DNA from: Candidatus Hecatella orcuttiae
GTDB lineage: Archaea > Thermoproteota > Bathyarchaeia > Hecatellales > Hecatellaceae
DNA: 64,000 nucleotides
Reading direction: 5' to 3'
Assembly (NCBI GenBank): GCA_002011035.2
Contig: MTLY02000003.1
Span: 1 to 64,000 of the forward strand
Part shown: one piece after another, positions 29,168 to 39,592 of the stretch
Layout of the letters: each line of letters opens with the position of its first letter
Numbering within the stretch: the first letter of the stretch is position 1
Program-made: the position numbers and the translations under genes
Notes under the pieces: generated by a model
Databases searched by the model: none
Seen by the model: only the letters and a program-made list of their open reading frames with translations
What the model was told of the DNA's origin: nothing

Positions 29168-30778
29168 TTAAGGCTTCAGAAATTTATTAATTTCTTCCGC
29201 AATTAGTTCAGACCTTTTCTCTATAAAATCTTTATAATTTTGCAGTTTCCAAAGATTTTCATCTAAGGGTATTAACTGTTTTTGTAATTCACTTTTATCA
29301 ATACCATATTTTTGAATGTAGGTATAAGGTTGATATCTGAGTCTTTTATTTGTGCCCGGATTAATGAAAGTTATATTCCCTAACAGTTCTCTTTCTTCTT
29401 TCTTGATTCCTACACTTCTTAAGAGACTTCTGGGAAAGAAGTGATGCTCTTCGATCGTAAAATCCTTATTTATCTCATTGTGTGTTGTATAGCCTATCCT
29501 GACCCCTGTAAACCAGTCAACTGCTTCGTTTCTATAAGTAATTAGGTAAAGGAGTAATTTAAAGAACCTACCTTCTCCTTGATAGTGGATCGCGTTTTTA
29601 ATAGCCTCCTTGTTAATTGAGTCAACTCTTAATTCACCGATTAACTGGTTCACTGCCTCCCCAAAGGTTCTTGAATTTTTAATCTTGTTTATATCCTCTT
29701 GTAAGGTAGTCTCCGCAGAACCGCTATATCTTCCTTGCCACAAAGCTAATAGGAAAAAAAGAAAAGCCTTTTTAAATTCAAACTGATTTTCGAATCTACA
29801 ACGCAAGTATATTAAGGGTATTATCGTATTTTTTGCATAAATTAATTCTGAAGATAGAATTCCAATATTTCTAAATTCTAATATTAGTCTATTAAGACTA
29901 TTTTTAAACTTTGAAAAGGCATAGTCTAATAAGTTATTTTTATTTCTCAGAAAGTCATCACTTACTTCTCTTAAAATTGCTTTGTCTTCTCCTACTGAGG
30001 TTATTGCTCTAACAAGAAGTGTAGGATCAAAGTAAAAACCTCCCTCATCTAAACTATCAAGGTATCTAGAAAATTCTTCTCTTACCCATCCTTCATTGTA
30101 TGCAGCAACATAAGCTAGAGTTATATCCGCTTGTTTTATCCTTGTGCCAGAACTATTTAGCCTTTCAAAGATAGTGGCTATATTTTCTAAGGATGTATTT
30201 ATCTTAATTACCGGAATATCCATATTTAAAGCGGCCTTAATCTTGCTAGCATTATCGTAGATTTTTGTGAAAAGCTCTGGTCTATTTAATTTGTAAGATA
30301 ACTCTTCAGCTAACTTTTTTATGTCCTCAGCATTAAAAATATCATACGGAGATACCCACTCATGGATTTGCTTAATCGCTGGATACTCGAGTGAAACTTC
30401 CAAAGTTAGTATGTTAATTTTTACTCTATATTTTTTGACTAAATCATTCCATATATTTATATCAAGCCAATAGGGTTTTCTTAAATTCAGGATGCAGAGT
30501 GCAACTATTCTTTGCTGTCCATCTACCATCCATTCTTTTGACTTATTTTCATAGACATGTTTACCTTGAGTATAATCACTCAAGTCCCAAACCAGAATAG
30601 AGCCTATCGGATAACCTTTTATTAAAGAATCAAGCAAGTCAGCAACTTGGTTTTTTGTCCAAACAAATTCTCTTTGAAACTCGGGTATATCAATTTTTCC
30701 ACTTGCTGCTTTTTCGATTAGCATATGTATAGGTTCCTGACCAAGACCCGGCTTAGATGAACTCATTCCTTTCACCAA
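29168..30778 (-). CDS. DUF262 + HNH(DUF1524-like) GmrSD-family modification-dependent restriction protein
   Basis: PEFQREFVW, YPIGSIL.W, DGQQR, FERLNSSG; C-terminal EHHFFP..LGN......N; strongly AT-rich. Confidence 0.85.
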   Translation of the reverse strand: MVKGMSSSKPGLGQEPIHMLIEKAASGKIDIPEFQREFVWTKNQVADLLDSLIKGYPIGSILVWDLSDYTQGKHVYENKSKEWMVDGQQRIVALCILNLRKPYWLDINIWNDLVKKYRVKINILTLEVSLEYPAIKQIHEWVSPYDIFNAEDIKKLAEELSYKLNRPELFTKIYDNASKIKAALNMDIPVIKINTSLENIATIFERLNSSGTRIKQADITLAYVAAYNEGWVREEFSRYLDSLDEGGFYFDPTLLVRAITSVGEDKAILREVSDDFLRNKNNLLDYAFSKFKNSLNRLILEFRNIGILSSELIYAKNTIIPLIYLRCRFENQFEFKKAFLFFLLALWQGRYSGSAETTLQEDINKIKNSRTFGEAVNQLIGELRVDSINKEAIKNAIHYQGEGRFFKLLLYLITYRNEAVDWFTGVRIGYTTHNEINKDFTIEEHHFFPRSLLRSVGIKKEERELLGNITFINPGTNKRLRYQPYTYIQKYGIDKSELQKQLIPLDENLWKLQNYKDFIEKRSELIAEEINKFLKP

Positions 30779-30976
30779 ACAAAGTTAGTATCTTTGTTCA
30801 TCTTTTATTAATTTGTGAAATAGTATTTTAATTACTTTTGGAGCATAACATTTTTCTTCTAACTTCCACGACTTATTAAATAACAAAACTGTAAAATCAA
30901 TAATAAAAATTTATTTTAGGACTCATCAAAGTTAATATTTCAGATATTTATAAAACACCGAATAAATATTAAAAAA

Positions 30977-32479
30977 CTATCTTGTTGTTTGGGTTTGGAG
31001 GAGTCGGTTGAGGCCGTTGACCATGGCTTCGACGCTGGCTTTGACGATGTCGGAGCTGGCGGCTCGGGCGGAGATGACCTTCCCCCCCGCGTCCTCGATC
31101 TTCACCACCACCTCCGCCAGGGCGTCGGAGCCCCCTGTCAGGGCCTCCAGCCTGTACTCCTTCAGCCTCACGTTGATGAGGTTGTCGGTGATCTTCCGAA
31201 TGGCCTTGATAGCCGCGTCCACCGGGCCTACGCCGGTTTCCGAGGCCACATACTCCCTGCCCTTCACGATAAGCCTCACCGAAGCGGTGGGAATGACGTC
31301 GGTGCCCGTGACCACGGCGAGGTCCTTCAGCTCCAGCACCCTCTCCTCGGCCAGCGGCTGACCGCAGACGGCGCTGGCTATGGCCAGCAAGTCGGTGGTG
31401 GTGACGTATTTCCCCCGGTCTCCCAGCTCCTTCACCCTCTCCACGATCTCCCTCGCCTGCTGCTCGCTGGGTTTGAAGCCCAGCTCCTCCACCCTCCTCC
31501 TGACCCCGTGCACGCCCGCATGCTTCCCAGCTACGATGGTGGTCTCCCTCCCCACCAGCGCAGGGCTGATGGGCTCGTAGGTGAGGGGCATGGACAGGAC
31601 CCCATGCGCGTGGATGCCTGACTCGTGGGCGAAGGCATTCTCCCCCACAATAGGCTTGTTGGGGGGCACGGGCACCCCCGTCAGCCGGGAGACCAGCCGG
31701 GAGGTCTCGTAGAGAAGCCGGGTGCGGAGGCGCAGCCTCCTCCGGTAGAGGGAGTAAAGGGCCATGGCCACCTCCTCCAACGCAGCGTTGCCGGACCTTT
31801 CCCCCAGGCCGTTGACGGTGACGTGGACCTGGGTGGCCCCCGCTTCCACGGCGGCCAGGGAGTTGGCCACGGCCATGCCGAAGTCGTTGTGGCAGTGGAT
31901 GCTGATGGGCACTTTGACGGCTTCAGCTATCTCCCCCACCAGCCGGCGGGTCTGCTGGGGGGTGAGGACACCTACGGTGTCGGGGACGTTGACCCTGTCG
32001 GCTCCGGCTTCCACCACCGCGGTGTAGACCTGTTTGAGGTAGGCGATGTCCGTCCTGGTTGCGTCTTCGGCGGAGAACTCCACCTGCAGGCCGTGGGCTT
32101 TGGCGTACTCCACGGCCTCCACCGCCTTCCTGAGGGCCTGCCCGCGGGTTAGGTGGAGTTTGTGGCGGAGGTGGATGTCGGAGGTGGCGATGAAGAGGTG
32201 GAGGCTTCGGAGGTCGCACTTCAACGCAGCGTCCACGTCCTGCCGGGTGGTTCGGGCGAGGCCGCAGACCTCCGCCTTCAACCCAGCTTGGGCTATGAGC
32301 CTGACGGCTTCCATCTCCCCCTTGGACGTGACCGGGAACCCGGCTTCGATGGCGTCCACCCTCAGCCTGTCCAGTTGGCGGGCGATGTGGAGTTTGTCCT
32401 CGGCGGTGAGGGCTACTCCGGGGGTCTGCTCTCCGTCTCGGAGGGTGGTGTCGAACAGTCTCAAGTGTTTGGGGGGCAT
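30977..32479 (-). CDS. leuA: 2-isopropylmalate synthase (citramalate synthase not excluded)
   Basis: [33 protein letters not shown] regulatory domain; leu context. Confidence 0.88.
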   Translation of the reverse strand: MPPKHLRLFDTTLRDGEQTPGVALTAEDKLHIARQLDRLRVDAIEAGFPVTSKGEMEAVRLIAQAGLKAEVCGLARTTRQDVDAALKCDLRSLHLFIATSDIHLRHKLHLTRGQALRKAVEAVEYAKAHGLQVEFSAEDATRTDIAYLKQVYTAVVEAGADRVNVPDTVGVLTPQQTRRLVGEIAEAVKVPISIHCHNDFGMAVANSLAAVEAGATQVHVTVNGLGERSGNAALEEVAMALYSLYRRRLRLRTRLLYETSRLVSRLTGVPVPPNKPIVGENAFAHESGIHAHGVLSMPLTYEPISPALVGRETTIVAGKHAGVHGVRRRVEELGFKPSEQQAREIVERVKELGDRGKYVTTTDLLAIASAVCGQPLAEERVLELKDLAVVTGTDVIPTASVRLIVKGREYVASETGVGPVDAAIKAIRKITDNLINVRLKEYRLEALTGGSDALAEVVVKIEDAGGKVISARAASSDIVKASVEAMVNGLNRLLQTQTTR

Positions 32480-32611
32480 TTGCGCCGCGGTCTCCGTGTA
32501 ATGGTTATCTCGCTGCCCTGTATTAAGGGCTTTCCGCCTCCTGGGTGAAAAGGTTTATGTAGTCGGGGAAAACATGTTTAGCCCCACGGTGCCATCTCTG
32601 AGGTAGGAGGT

Positions 32612-33745
32612 TTGGCGGTGAGGTATCGGATTGCCGTGATCCCCGGGGACGGCGTAGGCCCTGAGGTGGTGGAGGAAGGCGTCAAGGTGCTGACCGCTGC
32701 GGGGGACGCCTACGGGGTCAGGTTTGACTTCAAGTTTTACCCCTTCGGAGGCGACTATTATCTGGAGCATGGGGAGGTGCTCCCCGACTCCGCGTTGAAG
32801 GAGCTGGAGGGAGCGGACGCCATCTACTTGGGGGCCATAGGCCACCCGAGGGTGGCTCCGGGGGTGCTGGAGAAGGGGCTGCTGTTGAGGTTGAGGTTTC
32901 ACTTCGACCAGTATGTGAACCTGAGGCCGGTGAGGCTCTATCCCGGGGTTGAGACCCCCCTACGTGGGAAGGGCCCGGGGGACATTGCCTTCTACGTGGT
33001 CAGGGAGAACACTGAGGACTTTTACGTGGGGGTTGGGGGGAGGTTCAAGGGTGAAAGCCACAGGGCTGGGTTGGAGGTGAACCGGAGGCTCTACAGGCTG
33101 AGGTTCAGCTTGGACGTGGCGGTCCAAGGGGCTCCCGGCGAGGTAGCCTACCAGCTGGGGATAGCCACCCGCCGGGGCGTCGAAAGGGTGGTTCGCTATG
33201 CTTTTGAGCTCTGCAAGCGGAAGGGTCTCCGCCGGGTTACCTCCGTGGACAAGGCTAACGTGCTGGGGGATGTCTACGGCCTCTGGCGGGAGGTCTTCTC
33301 GGAGGTTGCCCGGGACTATGAGGGTGTGGAAGCCGAGTTCGCGTTCGTGGACGCAGCGGCCATGTGGTTTGTCAAAAACCCTGAGCGCTTCCAGGTGGTG
33401 GTCACCCCCAACATGTTCGGGGACATCCTCACCGACCTGGGGGCGATGATCCAAGGGGGCCTCGGGCTGGCTCCCGGGGGTAACATCAACCCGGGGGGGG
33501 TGTCCATGTTCGAGCCCATCCACGGGTCGGCGCCCAAGTACGCGGGGCAGGGGGTCATCAACCCCATCGCCGCCATCTGGGCTGGGCAGATGATGCTCAG
33601 CCACCTGGGGGAGGAAGCCGCTGCGGAGGCCGTGGACAGGGCTATAGGCCAGGTGCTGAGGGAGGGGAAGACCCTGACCAAAGATTTGGGAGGGTCCTCC
33701 TCCACCTCCCAGGTCGGAGACGCCATCGCAGCGAAAATCCATTAG
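32612..33745 (+). CDS. leuB: 3-isopropylmalate dehydrogenase
   Basis: [36 protein letters not shown]; leu context. Confidence 0.88.
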   Translation: MAVRYRIAVIPGDGVGPEVVEEGVKVLTAAGDAYGVRFDFKFYPFGGDYYLEHGEVLPDSALKELEGADAIYLGAIGHPRVAPGVLEKGLLLRLRFHFDQYVNLRPVRLYPGVETPLRGKGPGDIAFYVVRENTEDFYVGVGGRFKGESHRAGLEVNRRLYRLRFSLDVAVQGAPGEVAYQLGIATRRGVERVVRYAFELCKRKGLRRVTSVDKANVLGDVYGLWREVFSEVARDYEGVEAEFAFVDAAAMWFVKNPERFQVVVTPNMFGDILTDLGAMIQGGLGLAPGGNINPGGVSMFEPIHGSAPKYAGQGVINPIAAIWAGQMMLSHLGEEAAAEAVDRAIGQVLREGKTLTKDLGGSSSTSQVGDAIAAKIH

Positions 33746-33794
33746 CAAACGTTTTAATTAAACAGGCCCCTAGAAAATACCCGTAGGGGCAGAG

Positions 33795-36695
33795 TTGGGT
33801 TTTCAGACGCCGCGTTATGCTTCTGAGCGGGATTTTGTTGCGAGGTTTCTACTTCCGAAGCTTAGGGAGGCTGCTGAACGGCTCGGTGTGGCTGATGTGG
33901 TTGACTTCTTTTTTGAGAAGCCTATCAACGGGACACCTGACTTGACAGCTGAGAAAGGCGGTAGGGGTCTGTTTGTTGTTGAGGCTAAATTCAAGAAGAA
34001 GGTAGGGCGAGTTCAGAGGGACATTGAGCCTAGGGACCCTGAGGTGGTGAGGCAGGCTCTTGACTATGCGGGGTGGGGTGGTTTTCCTTATTATGCAACT
34101 TGCAACGTGCGGAGGCTCATTCTGTTTCAACGTAAGCCTGAGGCTAAGGCTCTGGAGAGTGAGATTGCCTCCTTTGAGTATGAGCGTAGCCCTGACTGGG
34201 CTGAAAGTCTTCTTAAGACGGTGTTGGAGCTTGTTCCCGTCCGCCTTAAGCCTTTGGACGACACGCTTGTGGATACGTTGCATGAAGCTTCCTCTGACCT
34301 CTACCCGGAGTTTCTCTCCGCCCTGAAAGGAAGGCTTCGGGATAAGAAATTTCGGGAGCGGTATGTTGACTGGCTGGAAAGTCAGGGTGTTAAGTTTTCG
34401 GATGAGACCAACCGGTTGATTGCGGAGCAGACTACCTACCTCCAGCTTAACAAGCTTCTCTTCTACCAGGTCATAAGGGCGATTTACCCTGACAGGTTGA
34501 GGCCGCTGAGGATAGGGGAGGAGGAAGATGTTTCCGAGGCTTTGGCTGGTTTCTTTGCGGATGCTCGGAAGATAGACTATGCGCCCATCTACCAGAGTGA
34601 TGTGATAAGTGAGATACCGCTGACGCCGAGGGCTCAGGAGCGGATCAGAACCTTACTGGACACTCTCAACGAGTTTGATTTTTCCAAGATGGAGAGTGAT
34701 TTTATCGGGCGGATCTACGAGAAGCTCATACCGCCGTTGGAGAGGAAGAGGCTTGGGCAGTTTTACACGCCGCCGGGGATCGTGGACTTTATCGTGCAGT
34801 TGACGGTGACGAAGCCTGAGGCTGTGGTTTTAGACCCCGGCTGCGGTTCAGGGGGTTTCTTGGTCAGAGCCTACCACAGGCTGAGGGAGCTGAACCACAT
34901 CCCTAGGGTGATAGAGGGCCCTCTGGCTGAGAGGTTTCACCAGCAGCTTTTGGAGCGCTTATATGGGGTGGATATAAATCAGTTTCCAGCCCACCTTACC
35001 GTCATAAACTTGGCTGTTCAAAACCCCAAAGCCAGAATTGAGAAGGTGAACGCTGTTGTCAGCGACATCTTCGACGTCAGGCCGGGGCAGGCGACGCTTT
35101 CAGGGTTCGAGAGCCTCACAGCTGAAGGTAAGCCCACGCTGGTAGAGATGCCTCCGGCCTTCGACGCTGTGGTGGCTAATCCGCCTTACATCCGTCAAGA
35201 GCTGCTGGGTGAGAAGGAGAAAGCGAAGATCAAGTCGCTGATCGAAAGCGAATATAAGGGTAAGCTGTTCATCGGTGCTCCCCAAAAGAAGGTGAAGGGT
35301 GCGGTTATCCTCGACAGGCAAAGCGACATATACATCTACTTCTACATTCACGGACTAAGATTTCTGAAGAATGGTGGAAGGTTAGGTTTTATCTCTTCTA
35401 ACAAATGGCTAGAGGTAGGCTACGGAGAACCGTTTCAGCAATTTCTTCTAGACAGCGCTAAGATTCTCTACGTGGTTGAATTCGACAGAGCCGTATTTCC
35501 CGACGCTGAAGTGGATACCGCTATAACCATAGTTGAAAAGGAGTCAAATAAGGTTGCTAAAAAGGCTAATGAGGTAAAGTTTGTCCGCGTCAAGAAGCCA
35601 ATGGGCATCAGGAATATGGTTCAGACTATAGAAAATATCAGTCAAAGCTTTGAGAATGACACCTTAAGGGTTAATATCATCAGGCAAGGCAAACTAAAAC
35701 TTGGAAAATGGAATACGTACCTTAGAGCCCCACCGGTGTACCCGAAAATTATTTCGCATCCAAAGGTGAAGAAACTTGGAAAAATCGTTGAGATATTTCG
35801 TGGACCAACTTCTGGTTGGAACGATTACTTTATAATATCTGTTGAAAAGGCTGAAGAATGGGGTATAGAAGACGAGTTCCTGATGCCCTGTGCTTCATCA
35901 CCTAAAAAGTTTGGGAGTTTAATAATCAAATCGGATGACATAGATGAATACTTCTTTGCTGTCGATAAGCCTAAGCACGAACTTCGTGGAACCAATGCTT
36001 TGAAATATATAGAGTTTGGTGAGAGACTAGAAATCGAAGTTAGAAGAGGTTCTCAGCGTGGCAGGCGACGTTTACCGGAGTTGGAAACTGTAAAGAATAG
36101 GAAGCCGTTTTGGTATGCACTTCCAAGGTTTGCGTCACCACATATCTTGTTCCCGAAGCTGATTAGAGGGAGGTTTATAGCCTTCTACAATGAAGCTAAA
36201 GCTCAAGGGTCAGACGTCTTTTATTATGTGGTTGTAAAAAAAGGAGAACCCACGGTTCTTGCTGGATATTTAAACTCCTCTGTCGCCATGCTTCTAGCTG
36301 AATTGTATGGGCGACAGTATACTGGTATGCTTGACCTTAAAGTCTATGAATTAAAGCAACTGCCTACCCTAGACCCTAATACGCTTACGCATGAAGAACG
36401 ACTGCGTATTTCAAATGCGTTTAAACAGTTAGCAAACAAAATGGATAAACGGGTAATGGCTGAAGAGAAATTGCAGAGCGTTAAAGCTAGGTCGAAAGCT
36501 GATCGGGATGTAGGTTTGTTTGAGGCTGAGGCTCGGAGGGAGTTGGAGAGGGCTGTTAGGGCTGAGGAAGAAGCGAGGAAGAAGCTGGACGAAGCAGTTT
36601 ACGACGCTTTGGGGTTAACAGAGGAGGAGCGGAGACAGGTTGAAGAGGGCCTCCGAGAGCTTCAGAAGCTCAGACGCCTGAGAACCCGAGCATAA
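33795..36695 (+). CDS. Type IIG-like restriction-modification enzyme (fused endonuclease + N6-adenine MTase + TRD)
   Basis: N-terminal PD..EAK..QA..YA nuclease; GQFYTP, DPGCGSG.F, NPPY, F.DA.V.T; 966 aa. Confidence 0.9.
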   Translation: MGFQTPRYASERDFVARFLLPKLREAAERLGVADVVDFFFEKPINGTPDLTAEKGGRGLFVVEAKFKKKVGRVQRDIEPRDPEVVRQALDYAGWGGFPYYATCNVRRLILFQRKPEAKALESEIASFEYERSPDWAESLLKTVLELVPVRLKPLDDTLVDTLHEASSDLYPEFLSALKGRLRDKKFRERYVDWLESQGVKFSDETNRLIAEQTTYLQLNKLLFYQVIRAIYPDRLRPLRIGEEEDVSEALAGFFADARKIDYAPIYQSDVISEIPLTPRAQERIRTLLDTLNEFDFSKMESDFIGRIYEKLIPPLERKRLGQFYTPPGIVDFIVQLTVTKPEAVVLDPGCGSGGFLVRAYHRLRELNHIPRVIEGPLAERFHQQLLERLYGVDINQFPAHLTVINLAVQNPKARIEKVNAVVSDIFDVRPGQATLSGFESLTAEGKPTLVEMPPAFDAVVANPPYIRQELLGEKEKAKIKSLIESEYKGKLFIGAPQKKVKGAVILDRQSDIYIYFYIHGLRFLKNGGRLGFISSNKWLEVGYGEPFQQFLLDSAKILYVVEFDRAVFPDAEVDTAITIVEKESNKVAKKANEVKFVRVKKPMGIRNMVQTIENISQSFENDTLRVNIIRQGKLKLGKWNTYLRAPPVYPKIISHPKVKKLGKIVEIFRGPTSGWNDYFIISVEKAEEWGIEDEFLMPCASSPKKFGSLIIKSDDIDEYFFAVDKPKHELRGTNALKYIEFGERLEIEVRRGSQRGRRRLPELETVKNRKPFWYALPRFASPHILFPKLIRGRFIAFYNEAKAQGSDVFYYVVVKKGEPTVLAGYLNSSVAMLLAELYGRQYTGMLDLKVYELKQLPTLDPNTLTHEERLRISNAFKQLANKMDKRVMAEEKLQSVKARSKADRDVGLFEAEARRELERAVRAEEEARKKLDEAVYDALGLTEEERRQVEEGLRELQKLRRLRTRA

Positions 36696-36706
36696 TACAG
36701 CTCCCC

Positions 36707-36835
36707 TTACCGTCGGCTATCTTCTTTGTTTAAATGCTCAATAAGGCCTCCGCATCTGAGGATTCTCAGCGAAAATTCGGGGAACGGCCCAGCCTTCAGG
36801 GTCTTCCCCGCAAACCCTAAGTCAACCTCCTCCAT
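36707..36835 (-). pseudogene. Remnant duplicate of the leuD 3' end
   Basis: Translates GKTLKAGPFPEFSLRILRCGGLIEHLNK versus LeuD GVTLQAKPFPGFLLGILRDGGLIPHLNK. Confidence 0.8.
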
Positions 36836-36923
36836 GGCATGGTAAACTTTTGGAATTACCTCGTTTAGGTTGGATATTTTTTCACATCCACCTCACTTTG
36901 CAAAAAGCTTTACATAAGTAAAG

Positions 36924-37331
36924 TTAAGGAATCTTGAGTAGCTTGGTTTGCACTAATTTAAGCTCCCCGATCCTAGAGTCGGTTGTAACCAAGGTTCCTC
37001 CCAGCGTTTTTGCAACTGCCACAATATAAGCGTCTGCCAAAGAGAGCCTGCCTTTATGAACGCACTTCAGCCCCCCTGCGGCGCGCGTAAGCCTCTCATT
37101 TATAGCTAAAATCGACAGCTCAGAGTTTCTGAGGGACGCATGTCTCACTTCCGCAGCTTCACGGCCTAATTTTTCACAAGTTTTATAGTAAAACTCGGCG
37201 AGGTTAATCTCACACGTGCAACCCTCCACCCTCCCCCTTGCAACCTCGTCAAACATTTCTTTGACACGCTTATCTTCAGCAAAGTAAAGAAAGAGAGGCC
37301 CTGTGTCAAAGACGAGCCTACTTTTCCTCAG
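36924..37331 (-). CDS. vapC: PIN-domain toxin (VapC)
   Basis: Frame stays open upstream to LVFDTGPL; NLAE.YY, LSLADA...A, LVTTD; start uncertain (possibly CTG at 37331). Confidence 0.88.
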   Translation of the reverse strand: MRKSRLVFDTGPLFLYFAEDKRVKEMFDEVARGRVEGCTCEINLAEFYYKTCEKLGREAAEVRHASLRNSELSILAINERLTRAAGGLKCVHKGRLSLADAYIVAVAKTLGGTLVTTDSRIGELKLVQTKLLKIP

Positions 37332-37557
37332 ACGCCTCCTTCCTCCTCTCCTCTTGCAATTCCCTTATCATCTGATATACTGTTTCCTTTATGGCTTTAT
37401 CCGCGCCGAAGAGCTGCTCCAACGGAATGGCGGGAACAAGTAAGACCCCTTCATCAGCTTCAACAAACTTAATACGGGAGCCCCTCTTCAGTTTGTACTT
37501 TCTCCTAATCTCCACAGGGATGGTCACGGTGCCTTTCTGCGTAACAGTATAACTCAA
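37318..37557 (-). CDS. AbrB/MazE-family antitoxin
   Basis: VTQKGTVTIP.EIRRKY.L..G; overlaps the PIN gene. Confidence 0.9.
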   Translation of the reverse strand: MSYTVTQKGTVTIPVEIRRKYKLKRGSRIKFVEADEGVLLVPAIPLEQLFGADKAIKETVYQMIRELQEERRKEASEEK

Positions 37558-37764
37558 GACACTTTCACTATACTTCTATTAAAAAAGTATCACATATAAC
37601 CATTATGTAATACTAAAACAACCTCTTGAGACATACACCATTGAACCGTAATAGACGCCAGAATGTCCAATTTCCTGTGATTAAGGGACATCCCCAACAA
37701 CCATTGAACGTCCGAATAATTATGCTATTCAGACACGATTTGCGCGTTTATCCGCATAATTTTC

Positions 37765-38316
37765 TTAAAAAGGCGAAGAAACACCTTGCCTTGAGGGTTT
37801 TCCTTCGCCAAGGCTAGGTTTGTTTTCGCTGTGTTTTTTGTTTAGGTGGGGGATGAGGCCTCCGTCTCGGAGGATTCCCAGCAGGAATCCTGGAAACGGC
37901 TTGGCCTGCAAGGTCACGCCTTTAGACTTGTTGGTGACCAGCCCCTTCTCTAGCTCCACCTCCAGCCGGTCGCCCTCCTCCACTTTGGAGGATATCCCCG
38001 GGCAGGCCACTGCGGGCAGGCCGTTGTTGATGGCGTTCCTGAAGAAAATCCTCGCAAAGGACTCCGCCACCACGCAACGAACCCCCGCATGCTTGAGGGC
38101 CAAGGCCGCATGCTCCCGGCTGGAGCCTCCTCCGAAGTTGACCCCCGCCACCACCAGCCCATACTCCTGAGCCTTCCGGGGGAACCCCGGGTCCAACCCC
38201 TCCATGGCATGGGCCGCCAAGTCCTCAGGCCTGGTCAGGACCAGGTATTTCCCCGGAAGGATGAGGTCGGTGTTGACGTTGTCCCCAAACTTCAGAGCCC
38301 GACCCTCCACCCTCAC
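37765..38316 (-). CDS. leuD: 3-isopropylmalate dehydratase small subunit
   Basis: GDNVNTD.I.PG.YL, NFGGGSSREHA, SFARIFFRNAIN.G. Confidence 0.93.
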   Translation of the reverse strand: MRVEGRALKFGDNVNTDLILPGKYLVLTRPEDLAAHAMEGLDPGFPRKAQEYGLVVAGVNFGGGSSREHAALALKHAGVRCVVAESFARIFFRNAINNGLPAVACPGISSKVEEGDRLEVELEKGLVTNKSKGVTLQAKPFPGFLLGILRDGGLIPHLNKKHSENKPSLGEGKPSRQGVSSPF

Positions 38317-39587
38317 CGCCCACCCACCTCCCTAGGGTCGGTGATCCGGCCGGTCACCGCGGAGGCCGCCACCGTAGCCGGGGAAGCCAAGTAGACCTTC
38401 GCCCCCGGACTGCCCATCCGCCCTGTGAAATTCCGGTTCGTCGAGCTGATGCAGACTTCACCCTCCGCCAGCAGGCCGAAGTGCCCCCCCAAACACGGCC
38501 CGCAGTTGGGAGGCCCCACCGCCGCGCCAGCCCGGGCGAAAACCTCCAGGAGCCCCTCCTCCAAGGCCCGCAGGTAGATTTCCTGCGAAGCAGGAAGCAC
38601 GATCATGCGCACACCGTCCTTCACCCTCCGACCCCTCAGCAGCCCCGCTGCCTCCCGAAGGTCGTCCATCCGGCCGTTGGTGCACGACCCCAACACCGCC
38701 TGGTCCACCGGCAGCCCGGCTACCTCCCCCACAGGCTTGACGTTGGCCACCCTCGGCGGACAGGCCACCTGAGGCTCCAGGGAATCGACGCTGAAAGACA
38801 GCTCCCCCTCATACTCCGCCCCCTCATCCGGGTAGAGCGGCCGCAGAGACCCCGCCACCCGGCCTTCCAAGTAGCGGAACGTCACCCCATCCGGGGGGAC
38901 AAGTCCAGCCTTAGCCCCCAACTCCACCACCATGTTGCACAGGGTCATCCGCCCGTCCATACCCATCTTCCCCACAGTCGACCCGGTGAACTCCAAGCTC
39001 TTGTAGTTGGCGCCGTCCTCCCCCAAGCAGCCGGCCATGTGGAGGATCAGGTCCTTGGCGGAGACGTACCTCTGAAAACGGCCCTCCACCACCACCCGCA
39101 CGGTCTCAGGAACCCGAAACCAGAGGCGGCCCTGCGCCAGCACAGCCGCCACGTCCGTGGAGCCCACCCCCGTGGCGAAGGCCCCCAAAGCCCCATAGGT
39201 GCAAGTGTGGGAGTCAGCCCCCACCACCAAGTCCCCGGGCTTCACATGACCCTTCTCCGGGAGAACCTCATGGCAGATGCCCCCCTTCCCCACGTCGTAG
39301 AAGTTCCTCACCCCATACTCCGCCACAAACCGGCGGAGCCTCCGCTGAAGCTCCGCCGACCTCACCGTGTCCGCGGGAACCTGATGGTCGAAGACCACCA
39401 CCACCCGGCCGGGGTTCCAAACCCTCCGCTCCACCAGCCTCTCGAAGGCGTCCAAGGCCAGAGGACCCGTCAGGTCGTGCATCATCACCAAGTCCACCTC
39501 CGCCTCCACGTAGCCCCCAGCCTCCACCCGCGGCAGGCCGGAGGCTCTGGCCAGAATCTTCTCCGTCAAAGTAAGCCCGCTGCTCAT
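38313..39587 (-). CDS. leuC: 3-isopropylmalate dehydratase large subunit
   Basis: GICH, GADSHTCTYG, GSCTNGR, CGPCLG, STNRNF.GR. Confidence 0.93.
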   Translation of the reverse strand: MSSGLTLTEKILARASGLPRVEAGGYVEAEVDLVMMHDLTGPLALDAFERLVERRVWNPGRVVVVFDHQVPADTVRSAELQRRLRRFVAEYGVRNFYDVGKGGICHEVLPEKGHVKPGDLVVGADSHTCTYGALGAFATGVGSTDVAAVLAQGRLWFRVPETVRVVVEGRFQRYVSAKDLILHMAGCLGEDGANYKSLEFTGSTVGKMGMDGRMTLCNMVVELGAKAGLVPPDGVTFRYLEGRVAGSLRPLYPDEGAEYEGELSFSVDSLEPQVACPPRVANVKPVGEVAGLPVDQAVLGSCTNGRMDDLREAAGLLRGRRVKDGVRMIVLPASQEIYLRALEEGLLEVFARAGAAVGPPNCGPCLGGHFGLLAEGEVCISSTNRNFTGRMGSPGAKVYLASPATVAASAVTGRITDPREVGGR

Positions 39588-39592
39588 GCCGC

